From the NCBI GenBank assembly GCA_963808235.1, contig CAWEEQ010000004.1, positions 3,360,001-3,424,000 of the forward strand: a DNA stretch of 64,000 nt. Direction: 5' to 3'. Both the position numbers and the translations under genes were made by a program. How positions within the stretch are numbered: the first letter of the stretch is position 1; each line of letters begins with the position of its first letter. Below the pieces are notes generated by a model, which ran no database searches, was not told where the DNA came from, and saw only the letters and a program-made list of their open reading frames with translations. Of the stretch, positions 9,111 through 19,716 are shown in pieces. Origin of the DNA: an uncultured delta proteobacterium (GTDB lineage Bacteria; Desulfobacterota; Binatia; Binatales; Binataceae).

Positions 9111-10850
9111 TCACTTCGCGCGAGGACCACCTCCGCCGCCATGTGCCGGCTGCGCCGGTGCTGAGTGGGGCGCCGCGTGAGCGGCTTCCGCATGAGGCTG
9201 CCCTCCGCCGCCTCCACCGCCGTGATGCTCGAATGCCTGCGCTTGCTCCGTATGCCTCTGCTCGAAGGTATGCATCTCCTGCGCGTGCTGACGCTGGAGA
9301 TCCTGCTGCCGCGCGACATGCTCTTGCTGCGCTGCCCGCTGCTGCTCCACGTGCGAGCGCTCCAGCGCCTGCGTCTCCTGCTGATGCTTCCGATCGAGTT
9401 CCGCGGCTTGCTGCTCGTGGCGGCTATGGTTCTCGGTTTCCACTCGCCTCCAATCCGCGCCCTTTGCCGACTCGGCGGCCGAAGACTGTTTCTCGCGCGC
9501 CTGTTGCTCCTCTTGAATATGCTGCCGCTCCATCGCCGCCGACTCCTGCGCATGCTTTTGCTGAAGCGCCCCGAGTTGCGCGATATGCTTGCGCTCGGCC
9601 TGCTGCTGCTGCTGGACGCGGTTGCGCTCCAACTCCTGCATCCGTGCGTTTTGCCGATGCTCTAGCGCTTGCTGTTGCTCGGTATGCGCGCGCTCGACTG
9701 CTTGGCGCATATCGCCATTCCACTCGGGATGATGCTGCTGCGCCCAGGTGGGATTCTTCTGCGCCCACCAGTGGACGTCGTGCCACTGATGCTTACCGTC
9801 GTAGTCACCTTTCCATTCCGGATGATGCTGGCTGGCCCACGCGGCGTCGCGATTGTACCACCAGTGATCGGTATGCCAGACCTTCTTGTCGTCGAAGTCG
9901 CCCCACCAGTTCGGATGATTCTCGCGCGCGAACTGAGGCCGGTTCTGCCACCACCACGAGGCCGGCTGCCACACACGATGCTCGTCGTAGTCGCCCCACC
10001 ATTCCGGATGATTCTCGCGGCACCAGTCCGGCCGGTTCTGCCACCACCATCCAGCGGGCCGCCAATAATGATTGTCGTCGAAGTCACCCCACCAGTCGGG
10101 ATGATTCTGCCGGCACCAGTCCGGACGATTCTCCCACCACCATCCCGCCGGCCGCCAGTAGTGTTGATCGTCGAAGTCGCCCCACCATTCCGGATGATGC
10201 TCACGCGCCCAATCGGCATGGTACTGATACCACCACGGCGCCGCGTACCAGACGCCCTCGTAATTGTCGCCCCACCATTCCGGATGATTCTGCCTCACCC
10301 AATCCGGCTGCAGTTGCCACCACCACGGCGCGGCGTACCACATGCCATTCCAGTTATCGCCCCACCATTCGGGATGATGCGCTCGGACCCAATCGGCCCG
10401 CCGCTGCCACCACCATCCGGCCGGATACCAGGTTCCATTGTCGAAATCGCCCCACCATTCCGGATGATGCGCTCGCGCCCAATCGGGCTGATACTGATAC
10501 CACCATGCGGCCGGGTACCAGTCGCCCTCGTAATAGTCGCCCCACCATTCTGGATGATGCTCGCGGACCCAGGCGGGCTGACTGCGCCACCACCATCCGG
10601 CAGGATGCCACTCGTGTTCCTCGTCAAAATCCCCCCACCATTCCGGATGATGCTCCCGCACCCAATCGGGCTGGTTCTGCCACCACCACGCCGCGTCGTG
10701 GAACACATGACCATTGTCATAGTCGCCCCACGCCGGCGCCGGCGGCAACGGCGAAGGCCACGGCCGGTACTGCGCGCGCGCAGGCCCCGCCGGCATCAGC
10801 GTCAACACGATAACCGCCGCCGCGCACAAAGAACTCTTGATTCCGCTCAT
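9111..10850 (-). CDS. secreted tryptophan/histidine-rich tandem-repeat protein (11 repeats) with a Gln/Glu coiled-coil tail
   Basis: Signal peptide (ARA/Q); repeat consensus WGD(F/Y)DxxxxW(H/Y)PAxWWWxxxPDWxRxHHPEW; Q/E/H/A/R-rich C-terminus. Confidence 0.85.
   Translation of the reverse strand: MSGIKSSLCAAAVIVLTLMPAGPARAQYRPWPSPLPPAPAWGDYDNGHVFHDAAWWWQNQPDWVREHHPEWWGDFDEEHEWHPAGWWWRSQPAWVREHHPEWWGDYYEGDWYPAAWWYQYQPDWARAHHPEWWGDFDNGTWYPAGWWWQRRADWVRAHHPEWWGDNWNGMWYAAPWWWQLQPDWVRQNHPEWWGDNYEGVWYAAPWWYQYHADWAREHHPEWWGDFDDQHYWRPAGWWWENRPDWCRQNHPDWWGDFDDNHYWRPAGWWWQNRPDWCRENHPEWWGDYDEHRVWQPASWWWQNRPQFARENHPNWWGDFDDKKVWHTDHWWYNRDAAWASQHHPEWKGDYDGKHQWHDVHWWAQKNPTWAQQHHPEWNGDMRQAVERAHTEQQQALEHRQNARMQELERNRVQQQQQAERKHIAQLGALQQKHAQESAAMERQHIQEEQQAREKQSSAAESAKGADWRRVETENHSRHEQQAAELDRKHQQETQALERSHVEQQRAAQQEHVARQQDLQRQHAQEMHTFEQRHTEQAQAFEHHGGGGGGGQPHAEAAHAAPHSAPAQPAHGGGGGPRAK
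9720..10730 (-). repeat. coding tandem repeat, 11 units of 90-93 nt
   Basis: Plus-strand core GTCGCCCCACCATTCCGGATGAT recurs every 90 or 93 nt, in frame. Confidence 0.95.
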
Positions 10851-10940
10851 CGATGCCACCCCCGGATAGTAGTCAAGTAAATCGCATCGCAAGCCAATAA
10901 ACTTCAGAAGAGCTTCGCGTAACGAGCGCCACCCCTAATC

Positions 10941-11012
10941 GCCTCTCCCTGACAGGGAGAGGCCGACGCGAATCGCGTAGCGACCAGTGAAAAACGAGCG
11001 TCGGGTGAGGGT
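10941..11012. repeat. REP-like palindromic element (CCTCTCCC-loop-GGGAGAGG...GGGTGAGGG)
   Basis: Hairpin GCCTCTCCCTG-A-CAGGGAGAGGC; related copies near 28439, 43188 and 44217. Confidence 0.7.
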
Positions 11013-11255
11013 CCGCATTCCAAATTCCGCGCACAGCCCAAAGTTGCGCAAAGCTCTCCTTCAGCCAGAAACTACTTAATATATGTGCGCGTCGCCGCCA
11101 ACAGCCGCGGATGAACCACGAGCGAGCCTGCGGAGTCGAGGGACTCGGCCCCGGTCAGGCTCTTTTGCGATCCTTCCCGTCCGTTTTTTGTGTCACCCTG
11201 ATAGCTTGTGAGTTTTTCAGTTCTCAACAGACTCCGCGCCTTCTCGTCGATTGTT

Positions 11256-11290
11256 CCCCTTCCCACATGGGAAGGGGTTAGGGGTTAGGT
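11256..11290. repeat. REP-like palindrome
   Basis: CCCCTTCCCA-CA-TGGGAAGGGG followed by TTAGGGGTTAGG. Confidence 0.65.
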
Positions 11291-11402
11291 TTGCACGCAT
11301 CGTTCGCAAAGCACGGACGCGCTTTTTTTGTGTCACCCTGAGCGAAGCGAACAGGCCCCGGCTCTTTTTCTGGAATCGGTTTTCACGCGAAGGAAATTAC
11401 GC

Positions 11403-11921
11403 TTGACCCCCTCAGGTGACTTCAGTCTTCTCGCTCTCTACGCGGCGCTTGACGCGCAGCGGAAAGGCCGCGGCCTCTCATGGTCGCAAGCGACCAAAGA
11501 AATGCATCCGGCGTCCAGGCGCGCTTCAACTCGTCCCCTCAGCCCGTCTACGGTGTCGGGCATGCGCACCAAGGCGGCAGCCGAGGGCGACGGCGTCCTC
11601 GCGATGCTCCGCTGGCTGAATCGAACCCCTGAAAGTTTCGTGCCGGGGCACAAGGATTCTGAAGAGATCGACGCGCGCCTGCCGGAGATTCCCCCGGGCA
11701 AGATCTTGCGATTCGACACGAGGAAAATACACGCCGCCCTCGACGCTCGACGCATCGAGCGAAAATTGACCTGGGCGCAGGTCGCAAAGGAAGCCGGTAC
11801 TGGCACCTCCACCCTGACGTACCTGTCGAAAGGAACCCGAGTCGCATTCCCAGGCGTGATGCGAATCTTCAGATGGCTAGGCAGCCCAGCCGCCCACTTC
11901 ACCCGCGCGTCAGATTTCTGA
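11403..11921 (+). CDS. protein with two tandem XRE/HTH-like domains
   Basis: Internal duplication LYAALDAQR..RGLSW...LRWL..TPESF versus IHAALDARR..RKLTW...FRWL..PAAHF. A TTG start after AAGGA is inferred. Confidence 0.7.
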   Translation: MTPSGDFSLLALYAALDAQRKGRGLSWSQATKEMHPASRRASTRPLSPSTVSGMRTKAAAEGDGVLAMLRWLNRTPESFVPGHKDSEEIDARLPEIPPGKILRFDTRKIHAALDARRIERKLTWAQVAKEAGTGTSTLTYLSKGTRVAFPGVMRIFRWLGSPAAHFTRASDF

Positions 11922-11943
11922 TCATAGGCCGCCTTCCCTTTCC

Positions 11944-11980
11944 GTCATCTTGAGCGGAGGCCGCCGGAGTCGAAAGATCT
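11944..11980. repeat. REP-like element, GTCAYCYTGAGC family
   Basis: GTCATCTTGAGCGGAGG...GTCGAAAGATCTC; partial copies at about 11191, 11331, 60940 and 60999. Confidence 0.6.
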
Positions 11981-12231
11981 CCGCGAAGCGATGCGCTTCG
12001 CTTTCTCTCTCTCCGTCCCCCTGAACGCTCGTATCTCAAGCAGAGCAAACTCGGGGCATGCCGCTGCCACGTTTGTTCAGGGATGAACTGTTCAGCTTAA
12101 CCCCGCCGCATCGGTCATGGTACCTGTAGAGCATGGACAGCTGGTATAAATTGCCCCTTTCGACTCATCTCAACAATTCAGAATCGCGCCACTGGCAGGC
12201 CGTTTGACGTGGCTGCCGGCCACGATTTTAG

Positions 12232-13416
<1,185 letters not shown>

Positions 13417-13417
13417 T

Positions 13418-14059
13418 TCAGTCGCCGGCGTGGACGCGGTGACGCCGCGCCGAATTGAGCGCTGCATGGACGCCCGCGAGCAGGAACTCCGTACACAGAG
13501 TCTCCACCTCGCGCTTGGGCAGCCGTCTCGCGTGCCACGAGCGCGCGAAGATATCGGCCGCACTTAGCATCGCACTGGCTACCGACTCCGCCGCCGCTCG
13601 ATCGACCGCAAATTCCTGCTCCATTGACCGCGCCCAGAAATCGACGAACGTCCCCATCCGTTGGCGCACGGTGCGCGTGAGCTTTCGCCCACTCAGTTTG
13701 GTCTGCAGGATCACGAACAGCACGCCGCGCTCCGTGATGAGTTCCAGATGCGCCTTGAATGCGCGCCGCACTCGTTCGTCGAACGACTCGACGCCGGCGG
13801 TTGCTTCCAGGACTCGTCGATGGAACTCCGCCACCTCGCGATCGTACAGCGCCAGCGCCAACTCCTCGGCGTTCTCGAAGTACGCGTAGCCAAGCCCCTT
13901 GCTCACTTGCGCGCGCTCCGCGACCGACTCCATCGTGAGCGTCTCGAAACCGGAGTCGAGGATTATCGCGGCGCCCACGTCGAGCAAATGCTCGCGGCGC
14001 TGCTCGGCGGGGAGCCGGCGCGCTTTGATCTTTTCAAGTGGAGCAGCGCCAAGTGTCAT
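13418..14059 (-). CDS. TetR/AcrR family transcriptional regulator
   Basis: HTH G.ETLTMESVAERAQVSKGL.YAYF. Confidence 0.9.
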   Translation of the reverse strand: MTLGAAPLEKIKARRLPAEQRREHLLDVGAAIILDSGFETLTMESVAERAQVSKGLGYAYFENAEELALALYDREVAEFHRRVLEATAGVESFDERVRRAFKAHLELITERGVLFVILQTKLSGRKLTRTVRQRMGTFVDFWARSMEQEFAVDRAAAESVASAMLSAADIFARSWHARRLPKREVETLCTEFLLAGVHAALNSARRHRVHAGD

Positions 14060-14426
14060 TGCGAATCGTTACCTCGCGCAGTGCACCTCAACCTCTTCGG
14101 CGGTTCAAACGTTAGTTGCTGGAGACCTGAGACTCAACCACAGATCTTGAGGTCGCGACGCGGCGCCCGCCCCCGAGCCGCACCTCTCAAGCCTGGTCCC
14201 AAAATGCGACATGCGCGTCTCCGATTCGGTCACACGATAGATCGATCTCTCGTACAACGCGGGATCGTCCGACGCCAATGCGGCTTTCTGCGGCTTTGCT
14301 CGTCATCATCCGGGCATGGTCGTTGCGTATATGCGCAGGGGAAAACTGCAGCCAGAGTGCGACGCTCAGGACGCTTGGCCTCGACTGATCATTTTCTCAC
14401 TACGTCAACGGAGGCGGCGCAGAATC

Positions 14427-15230
14427 GTGAATCAGATCATTCAGCAAGCACTGGCAGGCAGGAGATTTGCCCTGATGGGCTTCGATGCGGTCGAAGCCGC
14501 TTCGATCATTTTGGCGCTGGGCACCGTGCGCGGCCTCGGTCACGTGGTCGGAGACGCACCGAATATCCCGGGCCTCAACTCGTTCTCGGCCTTCGATGCT
14601 TGCTTCGTCAATGCGTCAGCTCCCGGCGCTGACGGACAGCCGGCGCCGGTCGAGATGGTCGCGCGCAGCCGCAAGCCGGCGATCGTCGTCGGCACGCTCG
14701 AGGAGCTGGTGACCCAATTCGCCGCGGTCAGCGGCCTCAACCGCGACTTCGTCCTGCGTCCGTCGCGGCCCGAGGAATTGCTGTTCAGCGCCTACCGCAT
14801 CCTCAAATTCGTCGAGAGCGCGGTCGAAGCGATCCAGCACTCTGCTCGAAACGGTCACCGGCGCGTCGTGCTCGCCGATGACGACGCCACCACGATCGTT
14901 CTGATCTCGACCATCCTGAAGCACTTCAAGTTCGAGTGCGTAGTCGCGCACGACGGTGCGCAGGCGCTCGAAGTTGCGCGCGAGATGAAACCCGACCTGG
15001 TCCTCCTCGACGTGTCGATGCCGAAGATGGATGGGTTCGAGGCGCTGACCGCGTTGCGCGGCAATTCGGCGACCAGGAATACCCCGGTCATCCTGGTCAG
15101 CGCCCATCATGATGAAGCTGAAGTGGTCAAGGGCTTCTCGCTCGGCGCCAATGACTACATCACCAAGCCTTTCAACTCGGGCGAACTGATGGCTCGGATC
15201 GGCCGGGTCCTGCGTCTCGAACAAGAATGA
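14427..15230 (+). CDS. response regulator (degenerate N-terminal REC-like domain plus C-terminal REC)
   Basis: Motifs LADDD, PDLVLLDVSMP.MDG and GANDYITKPF; GTG start after GGAGG. Confidence 0.85.
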   Translation: MNQIIQQALAGRRFALMGFDAVEAASIILALGTVRGLGHVVGDAPNIPGLNSFSAFDACFVNASAPGADGQPAPVEMVARSRKPAIVVGTLEELVTQFAAVSGLNRDFVLRPSRPEELLFSAYRILKFVESAVEAIQHSARNGHRRVVLADDDATTIVLISTILKHFKFECVVAHDGAQALEVAREMKPDLVLLDVSMPKMDGFEALTALRGNSATRNTPVILVSAHHDEAEVVKGFSLGANDYITKPFNSGELMARIGRVLRLEQE

Positions 15231-15269
15231 GCAAAGCCCGGCAGGGGCGAAGTGAGAAGGGGGCAATTT

Positions 15270-16826
15270 GTGAAGAACGACAAGCTCACCAAATCGATCA
15301 GCGCGCAGAGAGGGGCTCGCGTCGTCGAGCGCAAGCGGAAGGCCGACGACAAGTTCCAGGCGCTGCTCGAGTCGGCCCCGGACGCAATGGTGATCGTGGG
15401 CAAGGAGGGTCGCATGACCATGATCAACGCCCAGACCGCGAAGCTGTTCGGATATGCGCGCGAGGAGTTGCTGGGTAATACGGTCGAGATGCTGGTGCCG
15501 GTGCGATTCCGCGACCAGCATCCACACCAGCGTGACCGATACCTCAAACAACCCAGAGTGCGCGCGATGGGCTCGGAGCTCGAGCTCTACGGCCTGCGCA
15601 AGGACGGCACCGAATTTCCAATCGAGATCAGCTTGACTCCCATTGAGACCGAGCAGGGCACCCTGGTCTCGAGCGCTATCCGCGATATGACCGAGCGCAG
15701 AAGAGCCGAGTACAAGTTCCGCGCGCTGCTCGAGTCGGCTCCGGATGCGATGGTGATCGTGGGCAAGGACGGCCGCATCGCGCTGGTCAATGCGCAGACC
15801 GAGAAGATCTTCGGATACGAGCGCGCCGAGTTGCTCGGCAATGGTGTCGAGATGCTGGTGCCGGCAAGGTTCCACGAGCAGTATCCACAGCATCGCGCCG
15901 AGTACTTCGCAGACTTGAGAGCGCGTACGATAAGCTCGGGACTGGCCCTCTACGGTCTGCGCAAGGACGGCACCGAATTTCCAATTGAGATCAGTCTGAG
16001 CCCGCTGGAAACCGAGCAGGGCACCGGCACCCTGGTCTCGAGCGCGATCCGCGACGTCACGGAGCGTAAGAATGCCGAAGATGAACTGCGGGAACTGAAC
16101 GCATCCAGACGGCGACAGGCCGCACAGCTCGAAGTCGTCAACAAGGAGCTGGAGGCGTTCTCCTATTCGGTTTCGCACGATCTGCGCGCTCCGCTGCGGA
16201 GCATCGACGGCTTCAGCCTGGCGCTGATGGAGGACTACGCCGACAAGCTCGACGAGCAGGCACAGAGCCATCTAAAGCGCATCCGCACCGCCACTCAGCG
16301 CATGGCTCAACTGATCGATGATCTACTAAAGCTGGCGATGGTCACGCGCAGCGAGATGCGCACCGAAATGGTGAACCTGAGTGGCTTGGCGAGTGTCATT
16401 CTGGCCGAGTTCCAGAAGGTGGAGCCGCTGCGGCAGGTCGAGTGCGTAGTTCAGGCTATGGTGATCGCACGCGGTGACCCGCGTTTGCTGCAATTGGTTC
16501 TCGAAAATCTGCTCGGCAACGCATGGAAGTTCACCAGCAAGACACCGAAGGCAAAGATTGAGTTCGCAGAGGCGCAGGTGGAGGGACAGGCGGTCTACTT
16601 CGTCCGCGACAATGGCGCGGGCTTCGACATGAAGTATGCCGAAAAGCTGTTCGGCGCATTCCAGCGGCTTCATACCGCAACAGATTTCCCCGGAATCGGG
16701 GTCGGGCTGGCGACTGTTCAGCGGATCATTCACCGCCACGGCGGCCGGGTTTCGGCGGAGGGAGCGGAAGGCAAGGGGGCGACGTTTTCGTTTACACTGA
16801 AAGTTAATCATGGAGAACAACAATGA
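15270..16826 (+). CDS. PAS-PAS sensor histidine kinase (SHDLRAPLR, phytochrome-kinase-type)
   Basis: Two near-identical PAS domains; motifs FSYSVSHDLRAPLR, NAWKF, DNGAGF and GVGLA. Confidence 0.93.
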   Translation: MKNDKLTKSISAQRGARVVERKRKADDKFQALLESAPDAMVIVGKEGRMTMINAQTAKLFGYAREELLGNTVEMLVPVRFRDQHPHQRDRYLKQPRVRAMGSELELYGLRKDGTEFPIEISLTPIETEQGTLVSSAIRDMTERRRAEYKFRALLESAPDAMVIVGKDGRIALVNAQTEKIFGYERAELLGNGVEMLVPARFHEQYPQHRAEYFADLRARTISSGLALYGLRKDGTEFPIEISLSPLETEQGTGTLVSSAIRDVTERKNAEDELRELNASRRRQAAQLEVVNKELEAFSYSVSHDLRAPLRSIDGFSLALMEDYADKLDEQAQSHLKRIRTATQRMAQLIDDLLKLAMVTRSEMRTEMVNLSGLASVILAEFQKVEPLRQVECVVQAMVIARGDPRLLQLVLENLLGNAWKFTSKTPKAKIEFAEAQVEGQAVYFVRDNGAGFDMKYAEKLFGAFQRLHTATDFPGIGVGLATVQRIIHRHGGRVSAEGAEGKGATFSFTLKVNHGEQQ

Positions 16827-17278
16827 GCGAGCGAGTGATCCTGTTAGTCGAAGATAACGCTGACGATGAAGCGCTCACAATGCGCGCACTCAAGAAGAAC
16901 AATATCACCAATGAAATAGTGGTCGCGCGCGACGGGGTCGAGGCGCTCGATTACCTCTTCGGCACGGGACTGCACGCGGGCCGTGACATCAGCAATCAGC
17001 CGGAGCTGATTCTCCTGGATCTGAAGTTGCCCCGGGTGGACGGATTCGAAGTGCTGAAGAAGCTGCGCACGGATGTGAGAACGAAGTTACTCCCGGTCGT
17101 TATTCTGACTTCATCAAACGAGCAGCAGGACATCGTGAACGGCTATGGCCTGGGCGCCAACAGCTACGTCCGCAAGCCGGTTGATTTTCAGCACTTCCTC
17201 GATGCGGTCAAGCAGCTCGGCCTGTACTGGCTGGTCCTCAATGAGGGTGCGCCGTTCGATTCGGGTCACCGTCCGTGA
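16823..17278 (+). CDS. single-domain response regulator (Rcp1-like)
   Basis: Motifs LLVEDN.DD, LLDLKLP and GANSYVRKPVDF...LYWL. Confidence 0.93.
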   Translation: MSERVILLVEDNADDEALTMRALKKNNITNEIVVARDGVEALDYLFGTGLHAGRDISNQPELILLDLKLPRVDGFEVLKKLRTDVRTKLLPVVILTSSNEQQDIVNGYGLGANSYVRKPVDFQHFLDAVKQLGLYWLVLNEGAPFDSGHRP

Positions 17279-19654
17279 ACGCTTCGCTGCACGTTCTGAT
17301 CGTCGAGGACTCGGCGGACGACGCTGAGCTCGCGATACGGACGCTAAGGCGGGAGGACCGCGATCTGACCTGCCTGCGAGTGGAGACGCCGGAGCGAATG
17401 CTGGAGGCGCTCGAGAGCAAGGACTGGGATCTGGTCATCTCCGACTACTCGATGCCGCGCTTCAACGGGCTGACGGCATTGAAGATTCTGCGCGACACGC
17501 GAGTCGACGTGCCGTTTATCCTGGTCTCGGGGACGGCGGGAGAGGAGCTGGCCGTCGCGGCGTTGAAGAGCGGCGCGAATGACTACATTTTGAAGAGCAA
17601 CCTGGCGCGACTGCCGCTCGCCGTAGAGCGCGAGCTGCGCGATTGCGCGGTCCGCCGCGCGCGCAACCTTGCCGAGGCCCGCTTGCGCACTCTCGCCGAT
17701 TCGGTGCCGGTGGGATTGTACAGAATTTCGCGGCGATGGCGTCGTTCTCGAAGCCAATCCGGCCTTGGTCGAGATGTTGGGATTCAGCGATGGCGACAGT
17801 CTCAAGCGCGCCAACATTGCGAACCTATGGTTGCGGGCGGAGGAGCGCGAGCGGCTGGCGGCGATGCTCCAGCGAGATGGGGTGGTCCAGAACTTCGAGG
17901 CGCAGATGCGCCGGCCTGACGGCAGTGTCATCTGGTGCGAGCAGAGTGCGCGAGCCATCTACAATGCGGCCGGCGAGGTCGAACACTACGAGGGAGTCCT
18001 GGTGGATATCGCCGCCCGCAAGCGCGCGGAGGAAGAGGCAGATCGCGCGCGCGAGCGGGTCCATGAGCTGGCCCTGGAAACCGCGCGACTGCGATCGGAC
18101 TTTCTGGCCAGCATGAGCCACGAGATTCGGACCCCGCTTAACGGAATCATCGGTACCGGAGAGCTGCTCTCGCTTTCCGATTTGACCCCCGAGCAGCGCC
18201 GCCAGACTGAGATCATTCGATCCTGCGGCGAGCTGCTGATGACCATCGTCAACGACATACTCGACTTCTCGAAACTAGCGGCCGGCCGGGCGGTGCTGGA
18301 GAAGCGCGACTTTGACCTCGTCGAGCTGACGGAAACCCTGGTCGATTCTTTTGCGGCAGCTGCCCATGCCAAAGAGATCGAGATTGCGCTGCACGTCGAT
18401 GTAAACATGCCGACCGATTTGCGGGGAGATCCGAGCAGACTGCGCCAGATTCTGAACAACCTGGTGTCGAACGCAATCAAGTTCACTTTGCAGGGCGAAG
18501 TGAACATTCGAGCGAGCCGGGTGGAAGACGACGCCGACGAAGTGCTGGTGCGCTTCGACATCGCCGACACGGGGATTGGAATTCCCGTCGAGGCGCAGGG
18601 GCGCTTGTTTCAACCGTTTGTGCAGGCCGAAGGATCGACCAGCCGGCGCTTCGGAGGCACCGGACTCGGCCTCGTGATCGCGGCCAAACTGATCGATCAA
18701 ATGGGCGGCGAAATTGGATTCGAGAGCACGCCGGGAAGAGGATCGACCTTTCACTTCACCGCGCGGCTCGCAAAGGGATTAAAGATTGTCCGGCCGTGGA
18801 TGACATCCACCGCCATCTCGTGCTTCAGCGAGATGCGCGCGGTGATCGTCAGCGACAGTCCCGCCAGTCGTCAGGCCATCTCCGACTATTTGTCGTCGTG
18901 GGGGATCGAGAACGCGGCCGTCGGCGGCGGGAACGAAGTCCTGGATATCGTGAAGTTGGCGGGCCAACACGACCACAAGCAGATCATTGTTCTTATCGAT
19001 GAACAAACCCGCGGCATCGACGCGCTCCAACTTGCTCATGAAATCAAGGATCGCGTCGATGCCAGACACGACAAGGTGATCATGCTTAGCGCGGAAACGG
19101 CCGCAAAGAATGTGAACCCGGCGGTCGATGCATGGATTACAAAGCCGGTGCGTCCGTCGCATCTGTTCAGTTGCCTACTCAAGCTGTCTGGAAATTCCGA
19201 TCGGTTCGGCAGCGACGCGATCGCCGAGGCTCCGTGCAGCCCGATTGGCGATCAGCAGCCGCAATGGCGCAAATCGGTGCGGGTGCTGTTGGTGGACGAC
19301 AACCTCGTGAATCGAACCATGGCGGCGAAACAGCTTTCCATCCTCGGCTACGCGGCGGAAATCGTCGATGGTGCGCGGCGCGGGTTGGAGATCGTGTCGA
19401 GCACTCACCCGGACATTGTCCTGATGGACTGCGAGATGCCGGAAATGGACGGCTACCAGGCGGTCGGCGAGATTAGACGGATCGAAGGAAATGCCCGGCA
19501 CACCGTGGTGATCGCGCTTACCGCGCACGCGACGGAACACGATCGCGGAAAGTGCATCGGAGCCGGGATGGACGATTATCTAAGCAAGCCGCTTAAGCTG
19601 CGAACGCTTGCCGACATGCTCGACACCTGGGCGCATCGCCAACTCAGCCTGTAG
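17275..19654 (+). CDS. hybrid histidine kinase REC-PAS-HisKA-HATPase-REC-REC, frameshifted near 17730
   Basis: ORF 17275 (REC) joins ORF 17669 (PAS, MSHEIRTPLNG, GGTGLGL, C-terminal REC) across one indel. Confidence 0.85.
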
Positions 19655-19716
19655 CGAACAGCGAATCGCTGTTGTCATGTCGCGCTGACCTGTTTTAGTG
19701 TTCGGCACGTGTTTCG

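Noticed and set aside
9720-10730. CRISPR-like periodic repeat
   Set aside because: The period is 90 or 93 nt (multiples of 3), the 'spacers' are homologous to each other, the array is one open reading frame, and there are no cas genes.
9101-10880. Long plus-strand ORFs (570 aa and 403 aa)
   Set aside because: These are antisense shadows of the repeat gene with low-complexity Arg/Pro/Met translations. The same applies to most other overlapping ORFs in the track.
6340-12000. Intact integrative element at the tmRNA 3' end
   Set aside because: There is no integrase, and I could not see a duplicate of the tmRNA 3' end. The CCGCCTCCACC near 9209 is poly-Gly coding sequence.
17700-17760. Programmed ribosomal frameshift in the hybrid kinase (and other split genes)
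   Set aside because: There are no slippery heptamers, and many unrelated genes show the same defect, which favours sequencing error.
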